Assembly: GCA_023247035.1 (NCBI GenBank)
Contig: JAHFHG010000003.1
Location: 15,081-79,080, forward strand
Length of the DNA stretch: 64,000 nucleotides
Direction of reading: 5' to 3'
Source: Candidatus Omnitrophota bacterium
GTDB lineage: Bacteria > Omnitrophota > Omnitrophia > Omnitrophales > Aquincolibacteriaceae
Shown: positions 8,316 to 17,285 of the stretch, piece after piece
How the letters are laid out: every line of letters starts with the position of its first letter
Position numbering within the stretch: position 1 is the stretch's first letter
Notes under the pieces: generated by a model
Told to the model about the DNA's origin: nothing
Databases searched by the model: none
The model's input: only the letters and a program-made list of their open reading frames with translations
Translations under genes and position numbers: made by a program

Positions 8316-9135
8316 TATTCTAAATTTCTCGCCGTCTGATTCTATTAACCACATTTCATTTTTAAACGAAGTTACGCCTTATGAAAACGTGATTGAAAAA
8401 ATGGCTCAAAAAATCTATATGCCAGGCATCAACAAGATTAATTCGTTTATGGATTTGAAAGGTGCCAGAATGTGCTCGCAATTGGGTTTGTCATACGATC
8501 GCACAACATTGATCAATGTGCTTCTCGGATTGATGGAGAAAGATGAAATTCCGGAGGTTTGGAAGAAGAAAATTATTGATTTGATTTTTGTGTTCGACAA
8601 ATATGGACGCAAACCGTCGCATAAAGCGGATTTTTCGAAACTTTTCAAATATGAGTTATCGAGCGTTGATTACTATCACGAAAGGGCTGGAGAAATCTTG
8701 CGCAGAAATAGGTCGAAAGAAAAATCGCTCAAAGATTTGATAGCAAACGCCAAAAGCGGAAAGCCTCATTTGAAAGATAAAGCATTGTACCGCTTAATCG
8801 CGATTGATCCGCGTTGGCTTTACGATGACTGGATTCAAGAGCGAGTCGTTGATGCTTGCAATTCGGGAAACCGTTTCTTTCTACAAAGCTTGGGGGATGC
8901 CCTTTCCAAAGCCGCAAAAGCGTTTATCCCTATTCCGAGAAAAGATTCACGGGCTGATACAGTAATCAAATATTTAAAGAGGAAGGGACGATTAAACATC
9001 CTGCCGCGAAAATTAAAACAATTATCAAAAGAAATTGACACTATAGCAGACCTGAACGCCGATATTTCCCCAAATAATCTAGCCAAAATTCTTAAAAGGT
9101 ATAACCTCCGTTCTAGAATCCATCGAGATTTATAG
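8287..9135 (+). CDS. Hypothetical basic protein (start possibly ATG 8401)
   Basis: 282-codon AT-rich ORF; no recognised motif. Confidence 0.65.
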   Translation: MRCRKKKQNNILNFSPSDSINHISFLNEVTPYENVIEKMAQKIYMPGINKINSFMDLKGARMCSQLGLSYDRTTLINVLLGLMEKDEIPEVWKKKIIDLIFVFDKYGRKPSHKADFSKLFKYELSSVDYYHERAGEILRRNRSKEKSLKDLIANAKSGKPHLKDKALYRLIAIDPRWLYDDWIQERVVDACNSGNRFFLQSLGDALSKAAKAFIPIPRKDSRADTVIKYLKRKGRLNILPRKLKQLSKEIDTIADLNADISPNNLAKILKRYNLRSRIHRDL

Positions 9136-9143
9136 CCTTCCTT

Positions 9144-9183
9144 AAAAAAGGACACAACTTTCGTATTTTTGTGTCCCTTTTTT
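9144..9183. terminator. Inverted repeat, terminator or operator
   Basis: AAAAAAGGACACAA...TTGTGTCCCTTTTTT. Confidence 0.55.
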
Positions 9184-9210
9184 GAACTCGTCCTTGTTTA
9201 AAATGCTCCT

Positions 9211-9528
9211 ATGGCGAAACAAGTGATGAGGCGTGATTCTTCCGATCCAAGTATCTGCATTTCAGAAATCCAACTTTTCCCTATAAAACCCCACAAGAGC
9301 CTTGTCGGGTTTGCCTCCTGCGTTCTCAATGGGCAAGTTTATATCGGCGGTATCGCGCTTCATTGCGACCTTGCAAATCAATCCTTCCGCTGTGTCTATC
9401 CCACGAAGAAATTCAGAGACGGCAAAGAAATGCCTATCTATCACCCGATCACCAGGGAGGCAGGCGAAGCTATCCAAAAGGCCATTGTAACGGAATGGGA
9501 AAATTTGATTAAACGGGAATATTTTTAA
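9211..9528 (+). CDS. SpoVG-family nucleic-acid-binding protein
   Basis: ISEIQLFP..LVGFASCVL..IGGI..YPTKK..IYHPITREAGEAIQKAIV follows the SpoVG pattern. Confidence 0.75.
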   Translation: MAKQVMRRDSSDPSICISEIQLFPIKPHKSLVGFASCVLNGQVYIGGIALHCDLANQSFRCVYPTKKFRDGKEMPIYHPITREAGEAIQKAIVTEWENLIKREYF

Positions 9529-9551
9529 TTTTATTTAAAAAGTGGTGAAGC

Positions 9552-9878
9552 ATGGGAAGTCAAAAGCGAAAAAAAGGCAAGCACCGGGATTTTGTGGCAT
9601 TTTTAAGACCTCTGCTTGATTCGCCGGAATGGCTTGATCTTTCAAATTCGGCAAAGCTTGCCTATCTTTATTTCAAAAAGGCCTACGTCGGCCACAACAA
9701 CGGCGAAATCAAACTCTATTACAGCCAAATGGGCAAGGTCCTTAAATCATCCGCAACTTTCAGCAAAGCGATCAAGGAGCTCGAAAACAAGAACTGGATC
9801 AAAACTGAAAATCAAGGCGGACTTTTCAAAAGGGCGTCCACTTACAGTCTTACTTTTCTTCATGACAGATTCCGGTAA
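9552..9878 (+). CDS. Winged-HTH protein, putative replication initiator
   Basis: SPEWLDLSNSAKLAY..HNNGEI..SSATFSKAIKELENKNWI..GGLFKRASTY, typical of phage/satellite HTH rep proteins. Confidence 0.65.
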   Translation: MGSQKRKKGKHRDFVAFLRPLLDSPEWLDLSNSAKLAYLYFKKAYVGHNNGEIKLYYSQMGKVLKSSATFSKAIKELENKNWIKTENQGGLFKRASTYSLTFLHDRFR

Positions 9879-9902
9879 GGGGATGGCAAATATTTAGAAT
9901 AT

Positions 9903-10026
9903 CTTTGCAATTTGAAGCTGAGTTTGTGCGGAAAACCGGCAGACAGGTTCAAAAAATAAAGCTGGAAGTGCGGTCCAGGGATTGATTGGCTTTAATTTTT
10001 GAAGTGGGCAACTTTAAAAAATGAAG
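9903..10026. repeat. Four phased 15-bp imperfect palindromes (putative iterons/origin)
   Basis: CTTTGCAATTTGAAG 9903, GTTCAAAAAATAAAG 9947, CTTTAATTTTTGAAG 9990, CTTTAAAAAATGAAG 10012. Confidence 0.65.
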
Positions 10027-10596
10027 GTGCTTCTGATGGAAGAAGACAACGAATTACAACAAAGGCAAACGCTTTCATTGAATGATTTGAATGAAAAGGA
10101 GCGGCAAGCCGTTGAAATGCGGTATTTGGGCAAGACCTCTCAGGAGATTGGAGAGGCAACCGGCTATAACGATGTTTATGTCCGCAATCTATTTATGCAG
10201 GGCGGCCGGCTTGAAAAGGCGTACCGGGACTTCGCGCATATTCAGCAAGGCTTAGCACAGGAAAAGGTGGCTTCCGCCTTAAATCGAGCAAGAGAAGAAG
10301 CCCTAAGCGCCATTGAGCGTATTATCGCTCTTTCAAAAGATGCCAGCAATGAAGCGGCCATTTTCAAGGCAAATGAATTTTTGCTCAGCGTGGCAGGTGT
10401 TAACGCTCAAGTCACCTTGCGGACCTTTCTTCTCAACAAGTCTTATGAGCACGCCTGCAAACTCGTTGATGACACCTTTAAAGACCTCTACGGCAAGACA
10501 ATCCGCGACAGCGCGGGCAAAATGACACTTGTGGAGCTTGCCAAGCAGTTTAGTGATTTAGGAAGGGGCGAAGCAAATCAAATGGATGGAAATTAG
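10021..10596 (+). CDS. HTH protein, possibly terminase-small-subunit-like
   Basis: N-term LNEKERQAVEMRYLGKTSQEIGEATG HTH followed by helical ALSAIERIIALS...AIFKANEFLL. Confidence 0.6.
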   Translation: MKVLLMEEDNELQQRQTLSLNDLNEKERQAVEMRYLGKTSQEIGEATGYNDVYVRNLFMQGGRLEKAYRDFAHIQQGLAQEKVASALNRAREEALSAIERIIALSKDASNEAAIFKANEFLLSVAGVNAQVTLRTFLLNKSYEHACKLVDDTFKDLYGKTIRDSAGKMTLVELAKQFSDLGRGEANQMDGN

Positions 10597-10602
10597 CGCG
10601 AA

Positions 10603-10809
10603 GTGGAAAAGTTTTTGACTCCGAAGCAGTTAAGCGAGTTTTTGCAGGTCGACCTTTCGACGGTCTATCTTTGGACTCATACGGAGTTTATCCCGCATTA
10701 CAAGCTTGGCCGCTCGGTTCGGTTTCTCGAAGGTGATGTTTTGGAATGGCTTCGGAAGCGGAAATTCCAAGGACGGATGACTTTAAAGTATGAAGTAAAC
10801 AGACTTTGA
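10603..10809 (+). CDS. Excisionase/HTH_17 family DNA-binding protein
   Basis: FLTPKQLSEFLQVDLSTVYLW..IPHYKLGRSVRF..DVLEWL. Confidence 0.9.
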   Translation: MEKFLTPKQLSEFLQVDLSTVYLWTHTEFIPHYKLGRSVRFLEGDVLEWLRKRKFQGRMTLKYEVNRL

Positions 10810-10894
10810 AAAGGCAGCAAGATACGCCCGACTTTTCTGCACCTAATTGCATTTTAGTCTTGACTTTTCGGCAGTTTGCTTCAATATAGCCAAC

Positions 10895-12013
10895 ATGAAA
10901 CGAAGCCTCGAAGCACTTATCAAGAAAGACTTGGATAAGAAGATAGTCCTCCTGAGCGGACCCCGCCAGGTGGGGAAAACCACCCTTGCCAAAGCCCTTT
11001 ATCCAAAGACCGCCGAGTATTTTAATATCGACAGCGAAGAACACCGATTGCTGATCAAGAAAACTGCTTGGCGGCGGGACTGCGAGCTAGTGATTTTTGA
11101 CGAACTCCACAAACTGAAGAAATGGAAGAACTGGATCAAGGGGATTTATGATACCGAAGGAGTACGGCCAAGACTTCTTGTAACAGGTTCGGCGAGGATG
11201 GATGCCTATCGAAAAGGAGGCGATTCTCTGGCAGGTCGTTTTTTTTCATACAGACTGCATCCTTGTTCGGTTGCTGAGGTAAAAGATAAATACCAGGCAG
11301 ATGAGGCGTTGGAAAGAATTTTACGGTTCGGCGGTTTCCCGGAGCCATTTCTTAGGGGCAACGAAGCGGCTGCAAAACGTTGGCGGCGTTCCCATGCGGA
11401 CCGTATTTTGCGTGAAGATTTGCGTGATATTGCTTCAATCCGTGATTTGAAGGGGATTGAAACGCTCGTTGAAATGCTTCGCCGTTCGGTGAGCAGCACA
11501 GTTTCCTACGAATCACTGAGTAGAGATTTGCAGACCTCTCCCCACACGGCTAAAAACTGGATACATATGCTTGAAAACCTCTATATCCTTTTTGTGGTAA
11601 CGCCTTATTCTCACAATATTGCCCGGAGTCTGCTCAAGGCACCCAAGGTCTATTTTTATGACACGGGTTTTGTTAAGGATGATCCCGGAGCAAGATTTGA
11701 AAATGCGGTGGCTTGTGCTCTTCTTAAACGGCTGCACTTTTTAGAGGATACGGAGGGAGAAAAATGTTCTCTTCACTATGTTAGGGACAAGGAAAAAAGA
11801 GAAGTTGATTTTCTCACCATCCGGGAAGGGAAACCCGAATTTTTAATTGAAACCAAAGTCGCCAACCCCGATATAGCTCATCTAAAACATTTTTCGAGAT
11901 CATTAGGTAGAGTAAAACCGATTCTCCTCGCCAGAGAACTCAAACGTGAAATTCAGTTGGAAGGCGTTCCAATCAAAAAGGCGAGTCATTGGCTACAAGG
12001 TCTTGAGGCTTGA
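10895..12013 (+). CDS. AAA_14 ATPase with DUF4143 (COG1373) and C-terminal PD-(D/E)xK-like motif
   Basis: GPRQVGKTT, IFDELH, VTGSA, GGFPE, KVYFYDTG, EVDF...IETK. Confidence 0.92.
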   Translation: MKRSLEALIKKDLDKKIVLLSGPRQVGKTTLAKALYPKTAEYFNIDSEEHRLLIKKTAWRRDCELVIFDELHKLKKWKNWIKGIYDTEGVRPRLLVTGSARMDAYRKGGDSLAGRFFSYRLHPCSVAEVKDKYQADEALERILRFGGFPEPFLRGNEAAAKRWRRSHADRILREDLRDIASIRDLKGIETLVEMLRRSVSSTVSYESLSRDLQTSPHTAKNWIHMLENLYILFVVTPYSHNIARSLLKAPKVYFYDTGFVKDDPGARFENAVACALLKRLHFLEDTEGEKCSLHYVRDKEKREVDFLTIREGKPEFLIETKVANPDIAHLKHFSRSLGRVKPILLARELKREIQLEGVPIKKASHWLQGLEA

Positions 12014-12029
12014 AAGCCAAGTTATATTT

Positions 12030-12051
12030 TTGGGACCAAATTGGGACCAAA
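12030..12051 (+). repeat. Tandem 11-bp repeat, candidate integrase arm-type sites
   Basis: TTGGGACCAAA twice, ~125 bp inside attR. Confidence 0.6.
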
Positions 12052-12176
12052 GAAATTCAAACTCCATCAAACGCAATCGATGCTATCGGAACAGTAGAAA
12101 GCACGAAACGCTTGATAAATCAGGCGACTTCGCGCATCATATTCAAAATGCGGGAGTTGTGAAAATCCGATTTTAA

Positions 12177-12199
12177 GAATCCTCTACTCCCCACCAGTT
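12177..12199 (+). repeat. attR core
   Basis: Identical to 7630-7652. Confidence 0.9.
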
Positions 12200-12498
12200 C
12201 TGCGAATCCACTTAATCATCGGGCTGCACTCAAGCAGGCAAAAACCAAGACTCACCCAAACACTCACCAATTAAAATAGAATCGGTTAAACAAATCCGTC
12301 CTTTTTTGTTCATGCGTTAATCGCCCCGCTGCCCATGATTTGAATCGGCGCCGGTGAATTTGGAAAAATATTACGATCCGAAGCAAGAGTCCAAATCGAA
12401 GAGCAAGAGGACTTGAGCGCGAATCCGGATTTTCTTTCCGTCGGATACATTCTCTCCGGAGCCGTTCCATTCGGGGCTTGTGAGCCAGTCGCGGCCTT

Positions 12499-12786
12499 GT
12501 GTCCCTGCTGATTATTCCGGCCGTCACCGGAAGCGCGGCCGCCAAGATTGAGGAATTGAATCACAAAGAAAATAGGCTAAAAATCGCGGCCGTTTTTTTG
12601 GAAAATCATCCCGAGCTATTAAGACAAATCCCGAATATTGAGGATATGATTCGGTTTGACGGCCGGCCTCGAATTCTTTTTGTGGATCAGAAGATGCTCG
12701 CCCTTGCCGCTGATTATTTTGTCCGCGCAGAAGTCCGCTTTAAAAAAGTTAAAATGGAAAACGAAAAAGCGCAATTCAAGGCTTAA
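12499..12786 (+). pseudogene. Possible gene fragment or hypothetical protein
   Basis: 95-codon ORF with protein-like composition but no RBS; an overlapping upstream frame (12344-12511) may be its frameshifted 5' part. Confidence 0.3.
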
Positions 12787-12909
12787 AATTTTGTGCGCTG
12801 TTTTTGAATTTTTCCTTGTGTTTTTTCTTCTTTTTTATAAAGCTTTCAAAACCTCCAGTCGAAGAATCCTATTATTAAAGCTCAAGAATTTGATAAAAAG
12901 ATTTAAGTA

Positions 12910-12938
12910 TTGACATTTTTATTTTCAGATGCTAACTT
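12910..12938 (+). promoter_or_regulatory. Putative sigma70 promoter of the polysaccharide locus
   Basis: TTGACA-17 nt-TAACTT with extended TG motif. Confidence 0.65.
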
Positions 12939-13057
12939 TCTTTCCGTTATCCCTCTCCTCTTGAAAAGCAACTTTAGAAAAAAGGGGGGTTGACGATACT
13001 TATTCAAGCACTGGCTCCGCCTCATTCACTGTAGCGTTTGCACTTTGAGAGGATAAA

Positions 13058-13531
13058 ATGAAAACAAAAAACAGTTTTGGGTCATTCTCCTTCCCCCCGG
13101 CTCCTTTTGTCTTGACTCTCATTCTTTTATTAATGGCACCGCTTTTTTCCATGGTTTTTGCGGAGGAGCCAGCCAAAGTTACAGATGCCGTCAATGTTTT
13201 TGCCTATAACCCAGATAATCCCGCGGAGATTCATCCTTTATATGCCGGAGACACCCTTCCATTTGATTCGGTTGTTTATCTCGCTGATTCAAAAAGCAGG
13301 GTCACTTTTACTCAGCAAGGTGAAACCGTAGTGCTGGACCAGCCCGGTTTTTATGATACTTCAGGACAGCCGGTGGAAGTTACCGCCGAAGTCCACGCGC
13401 AGGTCGAAAAACTTGTGAATGCCAAGACTGCCGTAGCGGCAGCGGAAAGCCTCATTGAAGATGCGAAAGCCGGCGATTCCCTAGGCTTATATGTAAATGA
13501 ACCGCAAAACGTTTCAAGTCCATCAGAATAA
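13058..13531 (+). CDS. Exported hypothetical protein
   Basis: GAGGA RBS, signal peptide ending VFA-EE, acidic beta-rich body. Confidence 0.8.
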   Translation: MKTKNSFGSFSFPPAPFVLTLILLLMAPLFSMVFAEEPAKVTDAVNVFAYNPDNPAEIHPLYAGDTLPFDSVVYLADSKSRVTFTQQGETVVLDQPGFYDTSGQPVEVTAEVHAQVEKLVNAKTAVAAAESLIEDAKAGDSLGLYVNEPQNVSSPSE

Positions 13532-13570
13532 TATAGGCTTGCGCATCCAATTAGAAATAGGGAGATACAG

Positions 13571-14806
13571 ATGAAAAAGCTGCTAAGTTTGGGGATGGTA
13601 CTTTTTTTGTCTTTTTGCGGAACGCTTTCGGCCGGGGAAGAGATCAGCGCTGTAACGCGTGACACCGTGGGAGGTAAAAAAAAGTGGTTTGACGGCGGCG
13701 GCATTGGTTTGGGGCCTGAAAAGCTTTGGCGTATCAGCCCGGGCTTCAAATACTCCACCCTGTATGACTCTAACGTAAACCGTGAGCCGCACACTAAGCA
13801 AGATCATGATATCATCATGCAGTTTATTCCCTCCATTGCCTTAAGCCGGATTGGAAGTAAATTCGGCATCCTTTCAGATTATGAGATGAACTATCAATTA
13901 TTTTTGCGGGATTCGGATCAAACCTCCTTCAATCATCGTTTTAATACCAAAGCCTGGTATGAAAGCGAGCGGCTTAAAGTAAAATTGCATGAAAGTTTCG
14001 GGTGGGTTAAAACTTACGCGACCACGGAACAGACTGAGCGAAGAATAGTCATTTTCAATAAAGTAAATCCTGAGGTCTCCTACCGCGTGACCTCTAAAGT
14101 CAGCGTTTCTTCAATCTATGAAAATTCCATTTTCCACTACAAGGACACCGTGCTGGAAGAAAATAGCTACATCCGAAATGATATCGGTGGGCGCGTTTAC
14201 TACCACGTGACAGACAAGACGGATCTTTTTTTGCAGGGATCCTCGATCTTCACAGATTACTATCAGACCGAGTCGGAGAGTTTTGATTCTCATGGCTACG
14301 GGATTTATGTCGGCGTTATCGGTGAAGTGACGGATAAAACCATTGTGAATCTCAAGACCGGTTTTGAAAGCCGTGATTACGACAACGGCACGATTAATTC
14401 TTTTGACAATTGGGTAGGAGAACTCGGGCTGCGCCACAGCCTTACGGCAAAAAGCGATGTCACCCTAATCGCAAAACGGGGGATCGAGGAATCTATTTAT
14501 CGAAATACGGGTTGGTACGGTTTTAATAAGTTCTCCCTTCATTATGACTACCAAGTCACGCATAACATTGCCGCGCAAATCATCGGCGGGTTTCAACATA
14601 ACGGGTACCCGCGCCAAACGTTCGAAGGCCCGATCCGCCGGAAAAGAAAAGATAAAATTATCACGGCAGAAGCCAAACTGAAATGGGAGCCGATTTCAAA
14701 CGTGATTCTCGCGGGCGGGTATACCTACGGAACACGGATTTGTAATTTTGACGAGTTTGATTACATTGAACATGCCATTGAAGCGTCGACCTCATTGAAG
14801 TTTTAA
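13571..14806 (+). CDS. Outer-membrane beta-barrel for polysaccharide export (BBP2/EpsX-like)
   Basis: Signal peptide, YDSNV motif, amphipathic strands, terminal Phe, adjacent to OPX gene. Confidence 0.85.
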   Translation: MKKLLSLGMVLFLSFCGTLSAGEEISAVTRDTVGGKKKWFDGGGIGLGPEKLWRISPGFKYSTLYDSNVNREPHTKQDHDIIMQFIPSIALSRIGSKFGILSDYEMNYQLFLRDSDQTSFNHRFNTKAWYESERLKVKLHESFGWVKTYATTEQTERRIVIFNKVNPEVSYRVTSKVSVSSIYENSIFHYKDTVLEENSYIRNDIGGRVYYHVTDKTDLFLQGSSIFTDYYQTESESFDSHGYGIYVGVIGEVTDKTIVNLKTGFESRDYDNGTINSFDNWVGELGLRHSLTAKSDVTLIAKRGIEESIYRNTGWYGFNKFSLHYDYQVTHNIAAQIIGGFQHNGYPRQTFEGPIRRKRKDKIITAEAKLKWEPISNVILAGGYTYGTRICNFDEFDYIEHAIEASTSLKF

Positions 14807-15402
14807 TGAGGCTATTTTTTTTATCAGGCGCCTTTTTTTTTGGTCTTGCCGGGCAGTGCCCGGTAATTCCGCATTTGTTTGACCCCATAGCTTTCGCAAA
14901 AGTAGAGCAAGGCAGTTCCTTTCAACTTCATGCGGGTGACCGTTTGGCGATCGCCGTCTACCGCGAAGAAGATCTCTCAGGCGTTTATGAGATTGATCCC
15001 GCCGGAGCCTTGAATTTTCCCCTTGTCGGAGAAATGCGCGTTGCCGGTCTTCGTGTCGATGAATTGCTCGGCCGGCTGAATTGGAATCTGCGAAAGTACC
15101 TCGTCAATCCTCAGGTCAGTGTTTCCCGGGCGGAGACCACGATTAAGTCCATTTCAGTTTTAGGGCAGGTCAAAAACCCCGGAGCTTTTGACTATGCCCC
15201 CGGCCTCACTGTGATGAGGGTTATTTCCCAAGCGGGAGGGTTTGACCGAGCGGCGAATAAGCGGAAAATCCGGGTCGTCAGAATTGTGAGCGGAAAAAAA
15301 GAATCATTCATGATCAACGGTTCGGCGATTATTAACGGGGAAGAAGATGATCCGGCGGTTGAGTCCGGCGACATGATTTTTGTCTCCGAAGCGATTTTTT
15401 AG
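14806..15402 (+). CDS. wza: Short periplasmic OPX polysaccharide export protein (Poly_export plus SLBB)
   Basis: GDRLAIAVY..DLSG..G.LNFPLVG, NPQVSV, VLGQVKNPG, AGGF; ends without an outer-membrane helix. Confidence 0.9.
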   Translation: MRLFFLSGAFFFGLAGQCPVIPHLFDPIAFAKVEQGSSFQLHAGDRLAIAVYREEDLSGVYEIDPAGALNFPLVGEMRVAGLRVDELLGRLNWNLRKYLVNPQVSVSRAETTIKSISVLGQVKNPGAFDYAPGLTVMRVISQAGGFDRAANKRKIRVVRIVSGKKESFMINGSAIINGEEDDPAVESGDMIFVSEAIF

Positions 15403-17226
15403 ATGATCATTCCAACGAATCCAAATCCAAATTTAAATCCTTATCAGCCTCAGCCCAAAAACGAAGACGTTGACTGGGAAGCAGCGCTGCAGGGCCTTTA
15501 CAGCCGGCGCTGGTTAATCCTCACGGTGACGGTCCTCGCGGGTTGTTTGGCGGCGCTTTTTACAGCGGTCATGCCGGACGTGTATACGGCCCAAACGAGC
15601 ATCCTCGTCGAGCGTTTCAATGATACGCCTCTCCACTACAAAGAAATCCTTTTTCCCACCGGCGAGCAGGGTCCCGGCTATTATGAAACCAAAGTCGCAT
15701 TGCTCAAAAGCCGGCCCATTCTGGAGCAGACCATCAAACAGCTCAATCTTCTGGAGCATTACCGGAAGGCAGACAAGCGGGTTAAGAATACGCAAGACGT
15801 GGTAAAGATACTGAACAAAAGGGTTCGCGCGAATGTCCTGGGCCGGACGCAAATTATTAGAGTTGAAATCAAAGATACCGACCCGCAGATGGCCGCACGG
15901 ATTGCGAATATCATTTCAGAGAATTTTGTGCGCGAGGCTTGGCGTGAACGCTTTTTTATCTCCGATCAGCTTCTGAAATGGTTCCCGGATGAAGCGGGGA
16001 CCCTGCAGAAGAATGCCCCGATCCAGCAATTGCGAAAACTTGAAACCGATGAAGTCATCACGTCTCTTCCCAGCGTCATGCAAGATTCCGTGCTCAACGG
16101 TATTAAGCAGGACCGAATGAAAGTGGATGCGGAAATCCGCGAGCTTTCCAGGCGCTATACGAAAGAACATCCGAAAATGAAAGAGCTGCGCGCCCGAGCG
16201 GATTATCTCAAAAGTGAACTTAAAGGGCAGATCGAAAGAATTGTCGGAGGCCTTAAGGCGGGACTTGCGGGCCAATTCAGCGTGAACAACATTAAGATTG
16301 TCGAAACCGCGACTCCGCCGTCGAAGCCTTCCGGTCCGAAGCGCTTGTTGATGGTCTTGGGTTGCACGTTGGTCGCTTTTGCCTTTAGCGCTTGGCTTGC
16401 CATTTTTCTTGAGTATCTCAACCGCCATATCCGCACGGAAGAGGACGTGAAGCGCCTTGGCGTGTCCTTTTTGGGCTATATGCCGCTGATCACGGATCTT
16501 GATCCAACCCGGAACGCCAAAAGCCTCATGGACATCATGGATTCGGATATAAGGCTTAATGACGACGTGATAAACATACGGACTTCGCTTCTTTTTTCTA
16601 TGCCTGCCGAGCAAGGAAAGCTGCTTTTGTGCACAAGCGCGATTCCAGGTGAGGGGAAATCAACGATCGTTGCGATGCTGGGACTATCCCTGGCGGAGTC
16701 AGGGTCCCGGGTGCTTCTTATCGATGCCGATATGCGCAATCCCACCCTCCACAAAATCTTCAACCTCGACAATGAGGAAGGATTGAGCGGCTGTCTTGCG
16801 GGCGCTGTGAAGGCTCGCGAAGCGGTTCATATCTTGGAGAAAAATACCTTGCTGCATGTGATGCCTGCGGGTCAAAAACCGCCTAATCCCGCGGTCTTAA
16901 TTGGGTCTTCAGCCCTGGGCCAGCTTATCAGTGAGCTGGCCGGCGAGTATGACAAAATTATTTTTGACGTTCCTCCGGCTCTCCACATTGCAGATGCGTT
17001 GATATTGGCGCAAAGAATGCATGGGGCGATTTTGGTTTTTGAGGAGGGTAAAATCCATCAGACCATCGCCAAAAAACTCATTGAAAAAGTAAGCGCAGCG
17101 CACGGCATTTTGATTGGAACCGTAGTGAACCGGGCGAAGTTCCAAAAACTGGATTACCGAGCCTACCATTATTATCATCAGTATCAAAAAAAATATTATC
17201 ACGACACGGTCGGCAAGCCCGACTGA
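15403..17226 (+). CDS. wzc: Polysaccharide co-polymerase / BY tyrosine autokinase
   Basis: Two TM segments, YTKEHP, PSGPKR, Walker A PGEGKST, IDADMR, IFDVPP, C-terminal Tyr cluster. Confidence 0.93.
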   Translation: MIIPTNPNPNLNPYQPQPKNEDVDWEAALQGLYSRRWLILTVTVLAGCLAALFTAVMPDVYTAQTSILVERFNDTPLHYKEILFPTGEQGPGYYETKVALLKSRPILEQTIKQLNLLEHYRKADKRVKNTQDVVKILNKRVRANVLGRTQIIRVEIKDTDPQMAARIANIISENFVREAWRERFFISDQLLKWFPDEAGTLQKNAPIQQLRKLETDEVITSLPSVMQDSVLNGIKQDRMKVDAEIRELSRRYTKEHPKMKELRARADYLKSELKGQIERIVGGLKAGLAGQFSVNNIKIVETATPPSKPSGPKRLLMVLGCTLVAFAFSAWLAIFLEYLNRHIRTEEDVKRLGVSFLGYMPLITDLDPTRNAKSLMDIMDSDIRLNDDVINIRTSLLFSMPAEQGKLLLCTSAIPGEGKSTIVAMLGLSLAESGSRVLLIDADMRNPTLHKIFNLDNEEGLSGCLAGAVKAREAVHILEKNTLLHVMPAGQKPPNPAVLIGSSALGQLISELAGEYDKIIFDVPPALHIADALILAQRMHGAILVFEEGKIHQTIAKKLIEKVSAAHGILIGTVVNRAKFQKLDYRAYHYYHQYQKKYYHDTVGKPD

Positions 17227-17285
17227 TCGGCTTCGCTTCTTATCTCCTCTTTGAATGAAATCCGACCTGGATTTCGTAAAACATT

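Larger units (their letters stand above)
7630..12199. mobile_element. Decayed integrative element (phage-satellite-like) inserted in the tRNA-Tyr 3' end
   Basis: Perfect 23-bp direct repeats at 7630-7652 and 12177-12199; integrase remnant, xis-type HTH, rep-like HTH; more AT-rich than flanks by eye. Confidence 0.88.

Noticed and set aside
9903-12051. CRISPR array
   Set aside because: Repeats are short (11-15 bp) and degenerate, lack regular unique spacers, and there are no cas genes.
11946-12176. Possible N-terminal half of an att-split integrase (SSV/Mx8 style) rejoined on excision
   Set aside because: The translation shows no integrase features, ends in a stop just before attR, and the left remnant has its own internal stop.
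13025-13042. ops/JUMPStart (RfaH) element upstream of the polysaccharide locus
   Set aside because: CACTGTAGCGTT only partly resembles GGCGGTAGCGTG; too weak to call.
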